64,000 nucleotides of DNA from Nitrosopumilus sp. (GCA_965205425.1 CBDBGZ010000008.1:128001-192000), one strand, 5' to 3'. Positions 10,363 through 21,840 are shown, counted from the first letter of the stretch. A program made the numbers and translations. Notes: generated from the letters alone by a model not told the origin.

Positions 10363-11058
10363 TTAGAAACCTTTTGGTAGTGTGCCTCTTTTAGGCTTTG
10401 GTGGTTCTGGAGTTGGTGTTTGTTGTGCTGGTGCATCAACGCCTTCAACTGACATGTTAATTCCACTAAAACTTCCAAATGTTTTATCAACAGGATGATA
10501 GGCCATTCTTGCTCTTGTTGCAAAGTATTGGTTTGATGCTGCAGTGTAACCAGTTACTGTTGCTTTTTGATCATTCCAATTTTTGGTTGGAACTTTACCT
10601 ACAGGAGCAGTTAGTCTAACAAAGTATCTGTTAGGAGCTGGAGAATAACCTGTGACTTTGGCTCTATAATCATGGAATGATGTCATAGGAGCAGTCATGT
10701 ATGCATTCTCTAATGCGTCTTGAACAGTTGTTGGAGCTGGAAGGTCGGTTTTTGTTTCAGCTGGTTTTGGAACCTCTGCAGGTTTTTCTTCAAATCCTTT
10801 AGGTAGTGTACCTTTTGGTTTGGTAGTTGCTGCAGGTCTCTCAGCAGGTTTTGCTGGAGCTGGTTTTGTATCCGTTCCTTTAGGTAGTGTACCTTTTAGT
10901 TTGGTCTCAGCTGGTTTGACCTCAGCAGGTTTAGTTTCTGCTGGCTTTACTTCAGCTGGTTTTGATTCTAGCTGAGTAGAAAGTTTGTTTAGCTTTGCTT
11001 CTAATTCTGCAATCTTGTTTTCAAGATCTGCTTTTGTTTGCTTTTTAGCAGCTGCCAT
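10363..11058 (-). CDS. Pro/Lys/Ala-rich protein with repeated GTLPKG motifs (paralog B)
   Basis: Start MAAAKK parallels MAAKSK of paralog A; both end RGTLPKGF. Confidence 0.8.
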   Translation of the reverse strand: MAAAKKQTKADLENKIAELEAKLNKLSTQLESKPAEVKPAETKPAEVKPAETKLKGTLPKGTDTKPAPAKPAERPAATTKPKGTLPKGFEEKPAEVPKPAETKTDLPAPTTVQDALENAYMTAPMTSFHDYRAKVTGYSPAPNRYFVRLTAPVGKVPTKNWNDQKATVTGYTAASNQYFATRARMAYHPVDKTFGSFSGINMSVEGVDAPAQQTPTPEPPKPKRGTLPKGF

Positions 11059-11154
11059 ATTTTGGATGGTCAATTCGGGGTTTATGTACATTTGGGTTGA
11101 TTACGCCAACTAATTTTGATCAAGTTTTATATGCTAAATTACATAATTAATGGC

Positions 11155-11529
11155 ATGGATGACTTTGAAAAAGAATATCCGGAATTTGATTGGAAGAATA
11201 CTCCAGCCTACAAACATCCGGGAGGAAAAGATTGCCCATGTCCTAAACACGAATACATTCGAGAACAGATCAATTTTACCAAACAAGTAAATGAAAAAGG
11301 CAAAGAGTCATCCAAGGTCACCCTAAAGTTTTGTCCAGATCATTACAGAGTGTACATGGATGAAGTAATTCCCGCAATGCCTCTAAAATACAAAATTCTA
11401 ACAAAAATTGCACTAAAACTTGGAGCAATTCAAGTTGAACAACTAAAGTATATGGAATCAGAATTGTGTTTTTACTGTAAATTCGGTTCTGGCGGACATG
11501 ATAAAAAAACAGAACTACCACCAATGTAA
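11155..11529 (+). CDS. hypothetical Cys/His-containing protein
   Basis: CPCPKH, CPDH, CFYC motifs. Confidence 0.7.
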   Translation: MDDFEKEYPEFDWKNTPAYKHPGGKDCPCPKHEYIREQINFTKQVNEKGKESSKVTLKFCPDHYRVYMDEVIPAMPLKYKILTKIALKLGAIQVEQLKYMESELCFYCKFGSGGHDKKTELPPM

Positions 11530-11570
11530 AATCGAGTTAAGCTTATACTTGATCTGGCTAGAGAATCAAT

Positions 11571-13013
11571 GTGGGAATAGAAGATATCAGAGATTTCATT
11601 ACAGAGCTTGAAAAACAAGGAGAACTAAAGAGAATCAAAACTGAAGTTGATTCAGATTTAGAAATTGCTGAAATTATGAGGAGGGAAATGTACTCAAATG
11701 GTCCGGCAATATTGTTTGAAAATGTAAAGGGCTACGATATGCCAGTTTTAGGAAATGCATTTGGATCTATGAAAAGATTAGAGATAGGATTAGAAATGAC
11801 TGACTTTACTGAAATTGGTCAACGTATTGCAGATATGACAAAGATGGATGTACCATCAGGATTACTAAATAAAATTAAAAAACTTCCAGAACTTTCAAAG
11901 ATGACGGCTTCATTTCCTAAAGCAGAAACAAGTGGTCCAGTTACAGAAATTACTTCAAGTGATGCATCATTTGACGATTTACCAATTCTAAAATCATGGC
12001 CTGATGATGCAGGGCGATTCATTACATTGGGATTAGTTGCAACAAAACATCCAGAAACCGGAATTAGAAATCTAGGAGTATATAGAATGCAAATAGTAGA
12101 TAAAACTCACGCATTGATGCATTGGCAAAAACACAAGAGAGGAGCTCATCATAGTGATACTTCAAAAGATAAAGGAGAAAAAATTCCAACTGCCATAATT
12201 ATAGGTGGAGAGCCAGCAACAATATTTTCTTCAATTGCACCAGTTCCAGAAGGTTTAGACAAGTACTTGTTTGCAGGAATTACAAGAAAAGAAGGAATCA
12301 AAACTGTAAAATGTAAAACTATTGATTTGGACGTTCCAGCAAATGCAGAAATTGTTTTGGAAGGATATGTAGACCCGGCAGACATTAGAGATGAAGGACC
12401 ATTTGGGGATCATACAGGATACTATACTCCAGTGGAACCATATCCAACATTTACCCTAACAGGAATTATGAGAAGGAAAGATCCAATTTACGTAACAACA
12501 GTTGTCGGAAAACCAATTCTCGAGGATGCATATATTGGCAAAGTAATAGAGCGTTCATTTTTACCATTAATTCAGATGTTCCATCCAGAAGTCATCGACT
12601 TTAGTATGCCAGCAGCAGGATGGTTCCAAGGATTTGCAATCATATCAATTAAAAAAAGATATCCAGGTCAAGCAAAAAAAGTCATGATGGGATTATGGGG
12701 AATGGGACAGTTATCCCTAACCAAAATGTTTGTGGCAGTAGATGAGGATATCAATGTGCATGACATCAATGATGTGATATGGGCAATCACCACAAGAGCA
12801 GATGCAGCAAGAGATACGGTAATTATCGATAATGCTCCAACAGATACTCTTGATCCAGCATCACCACTGGTTAACTTGGGATCTAAAATGGGAATTGATG
12901 CAACACAAAAGACAAGAGAAGAAGGGTATCTAAGAGAGATCCAACAGCAAGTCAAGGTAGATGAGAATACAAAGAATCTAGTTGATTCCAAATGGTCCAG
13001 TTATGGATTATGA
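11571..13013 (+). CDS. ubiD: UbiD-family (menaquinone biosynthesis) decarboxylase
   Basis: NLGVYR, EGPFGDHTGYY, DTLDPAS motifs; adjacent to mqnC. Confidence 0.93.
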   Translation: MGIEDIRDFITELEKQGELKRIKTEVDSDLEIAEIMRREMYSNGPAILFENVKGYDMPVLGNAFGSMKRLEIGLEMTDFTEIGQRIADMTKMDVPSGLLNKIKKLPELSKMTASFPKAETSGPVTEITSSDASFDDLPILKSWPDDAGRFITLGLVATKHPETGIRNLGVYRMQIVDKTHALMHWQKHKRGAHHSDTSKDKGEKIPTAIIIGGEPATIFSSIAPVPEGLDKYLFAGITRKEGIKTVKCKTIDLDVPANAEIVLEGYVDPADIRDEGPFGDHTGYYTPVEPYPTFTLTGIMRRKDPIYVTTVVGKPILEDAYIGKVIERSFLPLIQMFHPEVIDFSMPAAGWFQGFAIISIKKRYPGQAKKVMMGLWGMGQLSLTKMFVAVDEDINVHDINDVIWAITTRADAARDTVIIDNAPTDTLDPASPLVNLGSKMGIDATQKTREEGYLREIQQQVKVDENTKNLVDSKWSSYGL

Positions 13014-14126
13014 TACAGAAATAGGATTGTAAAAATTATCTCGCTCTTCTACCTGATATCCAATTTGATGAATAGCATCTATGATTATTTTATCAGTAAG
13101 TTCAGTAGAACGTGCTCCAGTACAAGATACAACTTCTTCTCCAATTAGTGTACCTCCAAAATCATCTGCACCATATTGTAATGCTAGTTGAGCCATACCA
13201 ACACCATTAGTTAGCCAAGATGATTGAATGTGGGGAATCAATCCATCAAGTACGAGTCTAGAAATGGCAATCATTTTCAATAGTTGTATTCCGCCAGTTC
13301 CATATTCGACAAGTCCTTCTTCGTGCATCAAAGTATTATTTGGTTCAAAATTCCACGGAATAAATGCCATAAAGCCTTTAGTTTTTTCTTGGAGTTTTAC
13401 AATTTTAGAAAAATGTTCAACAATATCATTATTGTTTTCGACACTACCATACATCATTGTTGCAGAACCGGGAATACCTAGAGAATGGGCTTCATCCATA
13501 ATTCTAATCCAATCAGCACTAGAAATTTTCTTTGGACTGATAATTTCTTTAACTGAATCAGTTAGAATTTCAGCACCAGCTCCTGGGATAGATTGTAATC
13601 CTGCATCTTTTAATCGAGATAGTATTTCTTTAGTAGAAGATTTTTCAACTCTTGCAATCATGTCAATTTCTGATGTAGATAATCCATGAACTCCAACTGT
13701 TGGGTACTTTTCTCTTATCATTCTAAATGCATCCTCATAATATTCAATTTTCAAATTTGGGTTATGACCACCCTGAATCAAAACTTGACGAATTTTAAAC
13801 ATCTCACAAGATGTTTTTACTCTAGCTTCAATTTCATCAAGAGTTAATGTGTAAGCATCATCAGCCCCAGAAGATCTATAAAATGCACAAAACTTGCAAT
13901 CAGTAATACAGACATTGGTATAGTTCAAAATAATGTTATTTACAAACGAGGCTTTTTTGCCAAATTGTTTTCTTGTAAGATGACCAGCAGTAAGACCCAT
14001 CAAATGAACATCATCAGATTCCAATAATCTTAAGAGATCTTCAGGACCAGGTCTTTTTCCATTAAGGGAATTTTCCAAAATATCTTTGATATCGCTTTTT
14101 TGTATCTGTTCAGTAGTCTGGCTCAA
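13008..14126 (-). CDS. mqnC: cyclic dehypoxanthinyl futalosine synthase (radical SAM, CofH/MqnC family)
   Basis: NYTNVCITDCKFCAF, PGAGAEIL, GADDFGG motifs. Confidence 0.85.
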   Translation of the reverse strand: MSQTTEQIQKSDIKDILENSLNGKRPGPEDLLRLLESDDVHLMGLTAGHLTRKQFGKKASFVNNIILNYTNVCITDCKFCAFYRSSGADDAYTLTLDEIEARVKTSCEMFKIRQVLIQGGHNPNLKIEYYEDAFRMIREKYPTVGVHGLSTSEIDMIARVEKSSTKEILSRLKDAGLQSIPGAGAEILTDSVKEIISPKKISSADWIRIMDEAHSLGIPGSATMMYGSVENNNDIVEHFSKIVKLQEKTKGFMAFIPWNFEPNNTLMHEEGLVEYGTGGIQLLKMIAISRLVLDGLIPHIQSSWLTNGVGMAQLALQYGADDFGGTLIGEEVVSCTGARSTELTDKIIIDAIHQIGYQVEERDNFYNPISVS

Positions 14127-14240
14127 GTGATCTTCATCCCTTAGAATTTCTATTTAATTCTTGGTAGAAATAATGAACAAAAAAAGAAATAAACAAAATG
14201 AGTGATTTGTGCGCAATTTTTGAGAAAGAAGAGTTCAAAG

Positions 14241-14262
14241 ATTCACATTAATTTTAAGTAGG
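14241..14262 (+). repeat. attL core ATTCACATTAATTTTAAGTAGG
   Basis: Identical to 30569-30590. Confidence 0.85.
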
Positions 14263-14357
14263 TTTCATTGGGATGTACACTATCTAAAATAATTCATGAA
14301 TAACTACATTGTTACAAATTCATGATTCATAAATCGTATTTTTAGGTACAATTCCAT

Positions 14358-14573
14358 ATGGTCTGCAAAGGAACCTGTGAATCCCACAAGGCAAAAAGAG
14401 TTCATGGAATTAATCGCTATACAATGGGACAAAAGCACTGTTCAATCTGTGAGATTTTCATGTATTGGGATGGCAAGCATTGCCCCTGCTGTAACTATAT
14501 GTTGAGAACAAAACCTAGAAACACCAAAAATAGAAGACAGATACAAGAGATTCTCACTATACAGAGAATCTAA
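14358..14573 (+). CDS. small Cys-rich zinc-finger protein
   Basis: CKGTC, CSIC, CPCC. Confidence 0.75.
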   Translation: MVCKGTCESHKAKRVHGINRYTMGQKHCSICEIFMYWDGKHCPCCNYMLRTKPRNTKNRRQIQEILTIQRI

Positions 14574-14713
14574 ATATTTTTGACGTTTAAATGAGATTCA
14601 ACTACAATATAGAACAATGAGTGAAATACAAAAAATCTACAAAGTCAAAATAGACGATATCCCTGCAGAGCTAGAGCTTACTGGAAATTCCATGTTATGT
14701 ACAACTGGAGATA

Positions 14714-15859
14714 TAGTTAAGGCATTAAATATTTGAATAATTTCACAACTCGAACGTCTCCATTATCTAATCTCTTCTGCATGTGTTTTCTCATCTCAGT
14801 TCCATTTACAAAGAATGTATTGGCATTACCATTTTTCTCTTCTCTCCACTGTACCTCAATTGGATTGAGTTCTGGGGTGTATGCAGGAAAATATCTTATG
14901 ATTACATTTCTTTTTGATACCTTGAGAAATTCTTTTACTCTAACACTTTTGTGGTATGATGCATTGTCTGCAAATAATAACAGTTTCTTGCCAAATTGTT
15001 TCTGCAAGGATTTTAAGAAATCAAGAAATGAGTCTGTGTTTGATTTATCATAGAACCTACAAAAAAATACGCCGTCATCCCCCAATGCACCAAATGATTG
15101 AAATTTTTCTCGAGTGTAATTAATTGGTGTGGTAATGTTATTGCCTGCAAGATACCATCCGCGCTTTATGTTAGGTGCTATCTTGTTTGTTGACTCATCC
15201 AGACATAGTGTGATATGTCCCAATTTGGAATATTTTTTGATACTCCTTTTTGCGTTTTTTTAAAACGGGTTTGTTCCTCTTTTGAGGCTGATTTATGATG
15301 TGTGGGACGTGGTTTTTTTGATGAAAATCCAATCCTGTGCAGCAATTCACGCATTCCTCTTGCAGAGTATAGGATATTGTATTTTTTATTCACATGTGTA
15401 ATTACCATTCTTGTACTCCACATGAATTGATTAAATCCAAACTTTTCTGGACCTGAAATCAGATCATTTCTTAATGATACTAGCTGTTTTTCATTTAAAA
15501 AACATCTAGAACCAGAATATTTCTTGCGGCGTGATGCAGATATTCCCTCTTCATCCATTCGATTTAGCCAGTAGGACAGAGTTGATGGTATGACATCCAG
15601 ACTTGCACATATCACAGAATACGGAATATTTTGTTTTCTTAGTATTGCAGCCTTTAATCTTATCTTTGCTTTTGCATTTTTTTCATTCTTGCATACTTTT
15701 CTTAAAAAATTAATGCTTGTACCTTTCATGAATTGATTTCCAGAGGAAACCTTGGATTGTCTTGTACTCTTTGACATGGTTTCATGAATTGATTCTACGA
15801 TCTAGATCTTTTGAGTTAAAATACTTGACAGTTTATTCAAAATTTATATGCCTAAACTA
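14714..15859 (-). mobile_element. IS630-family IS type A copy 1 (1146 bp)
   Basis: Ends TAGTTAAGGCAT / ATGCCTAAACTA; TA duplication; near-identical to 61872-63017. Confidence 0.92.
14717..15777 (-). CDS. IS630 transposase (orfA/orfB, probable -1 frameshift at TTTAAAAAAAC)
   Basis: HTH orfA 15178-15777; orfB with LDES, DNASYH, YTPELNPIE. Confidence 0.88.
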
Positions 15860-16169
15860 TACAGTTCATTTTGAGGCACAGTTGAACGGTAAAGGATTAA
15901 GAGCATATCAATTCCAAAAACCAAATAAAATTGCATTAAATATTAATGTAGATTCAAAGTTGAGATTTGTCAGACTGACATCAAAATATGCAGTAGACAT
16001 TAATGAAACAATTACAAGTCTAAACTTCTGACATACTCCACTCGCTAAAGCTTCGTGGGTTCTACGGTTACCATCATTTTTGACATTGCCTTAATACAAT
16101 CTGCATCTATAGTCTCTATCTTTTTTTCTTTCTATATTGAATTTTCTTTGTAGAGTGAGGCATTTTGAA

Positions 16170-16249
16170 TTATGGTTTTCGCACAGAGTTTTTTTCAATA
16201 ATTGCTATTTCATCATTAGTTAGATCATATTTAGCATATAGAATCTCAT
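16170..16249 (-). pseudogene. 3' remnant of a type IIG (Eco57I/TaqI-C-like) restriction-modification gene
   Basis: Reads EILYAKYDLTNDEIAIIEKNSVRKP*, resembling the LY.LT.EEI.IIE C-terminus; cut by MITE copy 1. Confidence 0.55.
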
Positions 16250-16408
16250 GGTTCTGGTAGTTTTTGGTGATCTGTCTATTAGGTTTTTCTTCCAACATAG
16301 ATTTTCCCAGATATACGATTATTTTACGTGTGAATTGATTGAGAATGCCATGTTACAAACCCTGATGTTAAAATTTGGTGATCTTGATCACTGTTTTTTA
16401 CCAGAACC
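16250..16408. mobile_element. 159-bp MITE copy 1
   Basis: TIR GGTTCTGGTA/TACCAGAACC; four apparently identical copies. Confidence 0.9.
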
Positions 16409-17101
16409 ATTCGGTTTATCAGGTATTCTGTCACTTATGCTACCTTGAAATCCGATTTACTCATATCTGATATGTCTCTCCTTCGTCTATCAAAACTCGA
16501 TTATCTGGGCCTTGTAGAAACCATCTGATTTTAACCCAATTGTGATACATTTTAGCTAATTTAGATCCATTAGGATTGTATTTGTAGATTACAGTATGGT
16601 CTCATCATACGTCAAAATGTGCAAAACACTACTCAATATAATCCCAGATGCAGAATTCCCAGGTTCTTACATCCAAAATCAAATCATATCTATTCTGTTT
16701 GGACACATCTCATACTCTTGGCAATACGACAGTACGAATCAAAGAGTAGACCTCTTGCGTAATTATAGAGATTTTTTCTCAAATTTTGTATTTTAACAGA
16801 ATTCATACCTGAAAATTCAAATTTCTCAACCAATTTGAAAAATCCTGCAACAAAATTCACGCCTAGAAATAATTACGCAAGACGTCTATACTTTAGCTTA
16901 TTCATGTTCTAATCGTGTCACAAAGGAATTTCAATATAAAGATAATTGTAAAAAGACTCACATTTCATGATTTGTTGTACAGATCACTAGAATTTGCCAC
17001 ATCATCCCAATGAACAAAACATGATAAGATCCTTAGCTTTTTTGATTTGAATAATTTGAGAATTGACTCAAAAATTAGAATTGGTTATGCCCATGTCTCA
17101 A

Positions 17102-17920
17102 TTACCTGATAGTTGGAAGGAATGTCAAAATTGACTCAATTTCAGTAAATACAGCTCTAGGTTCAGGCAAATCATCCATAACCAGTCTGCCTAATTCATT
17201 TTCCCAATGTTCTTCTAAACCAGTTAGTCGTTGAGAATCAAAGATTGTATCAGGAACATAATCAATATTATTTTTAGTACATTTTTCTACAACCATTTTG
17301 CCAATTTTTTCTTGATCAAAATTATTTTCTTGCCCAAACATCCTCCAAATATCATAATAATCTCTAACTTTACTACGTTGCATTAAACTACGAATTTTTT
17401 CTGCAATCACTTCATCAAGAGAATATCCAACAATAGAGAAATTTTGAAGATCACTATACGAAGTAGTAACAGTTTGCTCGGTAACGGAATCCATCATTTG
17501 TTCTACACGTGAAGCATCAATTTTGATTTTATTTTTCTGTCCTATAGGACCTGTAAAATGAACATGGCCAAAAATTGCTAATCCACTTTGTGGAACGTTG
17601 ATATCACCTTCATATTTTATTCCAGATTCATTTTCTATAATGTCATAAACATCTTTGAACCCATTTACAATTACGGTAGGCTCAGTCTCAGGGATTATTG
17701 TAAAATCAAGATCTTCAGAAAACCTCCATGTTTCAGGAAAGAAGATTTTTCGAATTGCTGTTCCCCCTTTGAAAACTAGAACATTTTTGAGTGGAGATTC
17801 CTTATGATATATTCCAAACAAAAGCCATTCTAAAGCATAGTCTTTATCAATTACTCCTGCAGGTTTTCCAAATTGTTTTGCATATACACGAATTTGATCA
17901 TTTGTTAGAATTTTAATCAC
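17102..17920 (-). CDS. abiEii: AbiEii-type nucleotidyltransferase toxin (type IV TA)
   Basis: FKGGTAI...RFSEDLDF, AEKIRSL, RDYYD. Confidence 0.9.
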   Translation of the reverse strand: MIKILTNDQIRVYAKQFGKPAGVIDKDYALEWLLFGIYHKESPLKNVLVFKGGTAIRKIFFPETWRFSEDLDFTIIPETEPTVIVNGFKDVYDIIENESGIKYEGDINVPQSGLAIFGHVHFTGPIGQKNKIKIDASRVEQMMDSVTEQTVTTSYSDLQNFSIVGYSLDEVIAEKIRSLMQRSKVRDYYDIWRMFGQENNFDQEKIGKMVVEKCTKNNIDYVPDTIFDSQRLTGLEEHWENELGRLVMDDLPEPRAVFTEIESILTFLPTIR

Positions 17921-18766
17921 CTATGATATTGTCTTTGCCTCTAAAATAGATTTTATTGGAATATTTACAAATAATTTCCATTTTAAATTTGATTTTTTAT
18001 TTTTTGTTGAATATGGATCTAACCATGAACGTCCAGAATTTATTGAATTACACATATCATCATAAAGTGAAGGTGAGATTTTTATGTTAAGAACATCTAT
18101 TAAAAATCCAAGTCTTTTGATTACAGTACTATTTTGCATTTTTTGAGAATATTCAAATATTTTTTCAAAAGATAATTCATTTTTTGCAGCCCATAAACAA
18201 TTTGCAACTTCAGCAATACCACCACAATATTCAGGATGATCTAATGCATCTACAATTGTTTTGTTTTTATCAGAAATTATAATTTTTTTATTTCCAATAA
18301 AATTATTCCTGATACCAAAAAATTTTTTTTTATTTATTGTAACAAATTTGTATTTTACATCATGAAGGACAGAATTTTTGATTCTTGCAGTTGTTGCGAC
18401 AAATACTGTAAATGGAGTTTGATCAGTAAATCCATAATGATTTAATGCAGACCAATATGCAATGTAAAAAGGTCTGCTTTTAGCAAGTTCTGATGCTATA
18501 ATAAATTCATGTTCAGTATATTCAGAATCCACACCAGCACTTAATGGCGCAATAAGATATTTTCCTGCAGTCAATGTGATAAGCCATTTTTTCTTACGTA
18601 ATCTGTTTGCAATTACCCTGGCATTTGAATAGGTAGCTCCCCATATCCTAGAGATATCCTGTAAAGTTATAGTGGATTTTCCTTCGCCAGCAAGAGAGCT
18701 AAGAAGATATGCTTCTCTTCCAGATATACCTGTACGTATATTTTGTGTATATTCAGTGTCATACAT
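17921..18766 (-). CDS. abiEi: AbiEi-type antitoxin / transcriptional regulator
   Basis: N-terminal wHTH; YIAYWSALNHYGFTDQ, KTIVDAL, KRLGFL; abuts the toxin gene. Confidence 0.88.
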   Translation of the reverse strand: MYDTEYTQNIRTGISGREAYLLSSLAGEGKSTITLQDISRIWGATYSNARVIANRLRKKKWLITLTAGKYLIAPLSAGVDSEYTEHEFIIASELAKSRPFYIAYWSALNHYGFTDQTPFTVFVATTARIKNSVLHDVKYKFVTINKKKFFGIRNNFIGNKKIIISDKNKTIVDALDHPEYCGGIAEVANCLWAAKNELSFEKIFEYSQKMQNSTVIKRLGFLIDVLNIKISPSLYDDMCNSINSGRSWLDPYSTKNKKSNLKWKLFVNIPIKSILEAKTIS

Positions 18767-18834
18767 ATGTTATAAATTGTACAAAGAATATACGTAAAAA
18801 CATTACGATCACACTGGTGCTCAAAAATGTTTAT

Positions 18835-18993
18835 GGTTCTGGTAGTTTTTGGTGATCTGTCTATTAGGTTTTTCTTCCAACATAGATTTTCCCAGATATA
18901 CGATTATTTTACGTGTGAATTGATTGAGAATGCCATGTTACAAACCCTGATGTTAAAATTTGGTGATCTTGATCACTGTTTTTTACCAGAACC
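18835..18993. mobile_element. 159-bp MITE copy 2
   Basis: Same sequence and TIRs as copy 1. Confidence 0.9.
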
Positions 18994-19131
18994 AGAAAAA
19001 GGACAGCCTCTACAATGTAGTCAATGTAAAAATCACTTTGTATGATAAAATAGAAGGCGATGATGAAATGCATGCCGTGAGATCTCATCATAGAGATATG
19101 ATCTGAGATCAAACTCTGAGCCTTCTAATTA

Positions 19132-19398
19132 TTATTGAATTTTTGGGTTTTTATAGTTTCTTATCAAACACAGCCCTAAAACCAAAAAAACAACAATAAT
19201 TAGGATATGCACAAATATGGTTTCATAATACATTTGCACGTATGGTCCAGTGAAATTATTATTTTCATAATCTTGCAAAGTTTCATCAAAATTTACGATA
19301 GATAAAATTAGATTGAGACCGAAAAATCCTGAAACAATTAAAAAGAAAACACCGATGAATAATGATTTTTTAAATTTAAAAATAGAGGGTTGGAACAT
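19132..19398 (-). CDS. small membrane protein (2 TM)
   Basis: 88-aa ORF with two hydrophobic helices. Confidence 0.6.
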   Translation of the reverse strand: MFQPSIFKFKKSLFIGVFFLIVSGFFGLNLILSIVNFDETLQDYENNNFTGPYVQMYYETIFVHILIIVVFLVLGLCLIRNYKNPKIQ

Positions 19399-19535
19399 AT
19401 CAATTAAGAGATATGTTGCTAATTTTTGTTGTTGTAGAAACTCGATTGGTAGCTTGAACCCATTGGGTTAACTCATTAGAAGAGCAATCACCTGCACTAT
19501 CAAAAGTCAAATCATATGAGTTTTCAGATTGTGTT

Positions 19536-20561
19536 GGGTGTGTCCTAAAACTATCCTCTAACATGTTTTGTAACCCCCATCAAATTAACAACTCGTATGT
19601 TGTAACAAATTACACGCAACGCCAACTCTTTTCTTTGAACCAACTTGTTTTTTGATGACAAGCTATTTCCAAAGATTCTTTTGAGTACTGCAAATACTGA
19701 TTCAACAAGTGACCTCTTGTGATAATGTCTGTCAAATTCATCTTGATTGTCCTGGAATAATGTTATCATTTTTTTCCATGATGCAGAGCCTTTGGGATTT
19801 CTAACTGTGTTCTTCTTTGGTTTGATGTATGGTATCTTTTGCAGAGTAGCTACCATATTGCAAATGTCTCGTGACAAATATGCAGGATCTGCACAAAAAT
19901 CACCAATTCCCTTTGGAATGTCTTTGATTAGTTTTTTGAGAATTGGTGCATCACCACGAGTTCCTTTAGTAATGTCAAAAGATACTATTGCCATGGACTG
20001 TATTGCAATTAGGATGTGCAGTTTTAGATATAATTTCTTGGATTTGTGCGTGTTTGTCTTGATGTCAAACCAAGCCTCACATCTTTTGGTACCAAATCCT
20101 GAACTGTCAGGAGCTATGTCTTTTTTTTGATTGGTTCTGTGAGTTTTGCGTTTACCTTTTTCAAATAAGGCATTGGAATTCTTTTTAGACTGTCATTAAT
20201 GACAGTCTTGCTTGGTGCTTTTTTGAGCTCCATTATTTCCAACAGATCCGGCCTTGATCTCAAGTGGGACTCCATGGAACGATAATCCAATCCAAACTTT
20301 ACCTTTAGCATTGCACACATTATCTTTGCTTTTGTTGGAAATGCAGGACGTCCGCCTGTCTTTGGTTCCCATGGTGTATCCATACTCCAAACTGTCTTCT
20401 TTACTTTTTCCAAGAATAGAATCTCCTCATCCTTGCGATATGTGCCATATACTTGCCAGTCTCTTTTTGATTTGTTTTGCATAGTTGTTGTGATTCCATG
20501 CGATCAATATGTTACAGAATTGAATAAAATTGTTATATTTGTCTACTTTTAGGACACACCC
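19536..20561 (-). mobile_element. IS5-family IS copy 1 (1026 bp)
   Basis: Perfect TIR GGGTGTGTCCTAAAA; no TSD; abuts truncated ISH3. Confidence 0.9.
19551..20482 (-). CDS. IS5-family transposase (probable -1 frameshift at A8G)
   Basis: orfA ends IKKKT*; -1 frame gives DIAPDSSG...ADPAY...YHKRSLVESVF. Confidence 0.85.
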
Positions 20562-21447
20562 CAAGAATTGGGAGTATTGGAGCAACCAGTTACTGTAGCA
20601 ATTGACAAACATCTAATCCCAAGATATGACAAATTGCCAAACCATTCTTTAATAAAATCAAAATCAAAAAACAGTACTACTCATTTTGAGAGTTACTGCA
20701 CCATGCAGTGCGTTGAAAAAAGAATCAGGGCTCAATTAGGTTGTTATCCTTTGTATGACAACAAATCAAATGCCGATTTTGTGCGTAAATTACTCTCTGA
20801 TGGCATCAATAATGGAATCAAGATTAAACTATTGCTAGTGGATAGGGAGTTTTTCACAGCTGGAACAATTTCAGAAATAAAACAAAAGAATCTGAAATTT
20901 CTAATGCCTGCAAAAAAGAATTCTCGAATCAAAGATGCCATTTTACAATACGTTAATGGAGATAGAAAATCAATCTCGCCATACACAATAAAATCATCAT
21001 CAGGACATGTAGAATCATTTAATCTAGTTATTCTACCAAACAAAAATGCAAGAAAAAAATCAGATATTATTGATCAGTATGCTGTGTTTGCAACAAACGT
21101 TTCACCAAAAGAAATATCTGAAAATATACAGGACATTCCAACTGATTACAAGAAACGTTGGGGAATTGAAACAGGATATGCATGTGTGGGAAGGTTCAGA
21201 CCAAAAACCACCAGTTCAAACCAATCCATAAGATTGTTGTATTTTTACTATTCCTTGATTTTGTACAATGCATGGATAATTGCTAATTTGATTATCTCAG
21301 AAGAAACCAATGTAAAAAATTACAAACCAATAATATCAATTGAAATTCTCAAATATTTCTTTGTAAAGATAATTATTCATTACCTTAGAAATAACAAAAA
21401 TAATTATTTCCTAGAATGTGTAATTTGATGTACTTTCCCATCTACTG
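20562..21447 (+). mobile_element. ISH3-family IS copy 2, 5'-truncated by IS5
   Basis: Starts mid-transposase (CAAGAATTGGGAG) at the IS5 end; right TIR ends 21447. Confidence 0.9.
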
Positions 21448-21681
21448 GTTTTCGTCTTACTAATCATTGTACAATAAAATTAGTTTAGACTAATAAAGCT
21501 AGTTTTATTCCAAGAACTTGCACGCACCGCACTGAGGCTTGCCAGTTTTTGTATCCAGGAATAGTGGGACGTTGCTTGCCCAGCAGAAACTCTATGAATT
21601 CTTGAAGCAATCTATCCTTTTTCAAAGCTGTAGCTAGGAGAGTTTTTGAGCAAGCCATTTTAGATTTGCCTCCCATAGCTT

Positions 21682-21840
21682 GGTTCTGGTAGTTTTTGGT
21701 GATCTGTCTATTAGGTTTTTCTTCCAACATAGATTTTCCCAGATATACGATTATTTTACGTGTGAATTGATTGAGAATGCCATGTTACAAACCCTGATGT
21801 TAAAATTTGGTGATCTTGATCACTGTTTTTTACCAGAACC
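21682..21840. mobile_element. 159-bp MITE copy 3
   Basis: Same sequence and TIRs as copy 1. Confidence 0.9.

Larger units (their letters stand above)
14617..16031 (+). pseudogene. 88-aa hypothetical protein interrupted by IS630
   Basis: Removing 14714-15859 and one TA restores MSEIQK...TTGD-TVHFEAQ...SLNF*. Confidence 0.75.

Noticed and set aside
16248..16448. Repeated MVLVVFGDLS... ORFs (also 18827, 21680, 28828)
   Set aside because: Frames running through the MITE with variable ends; no evidence of a real gene.
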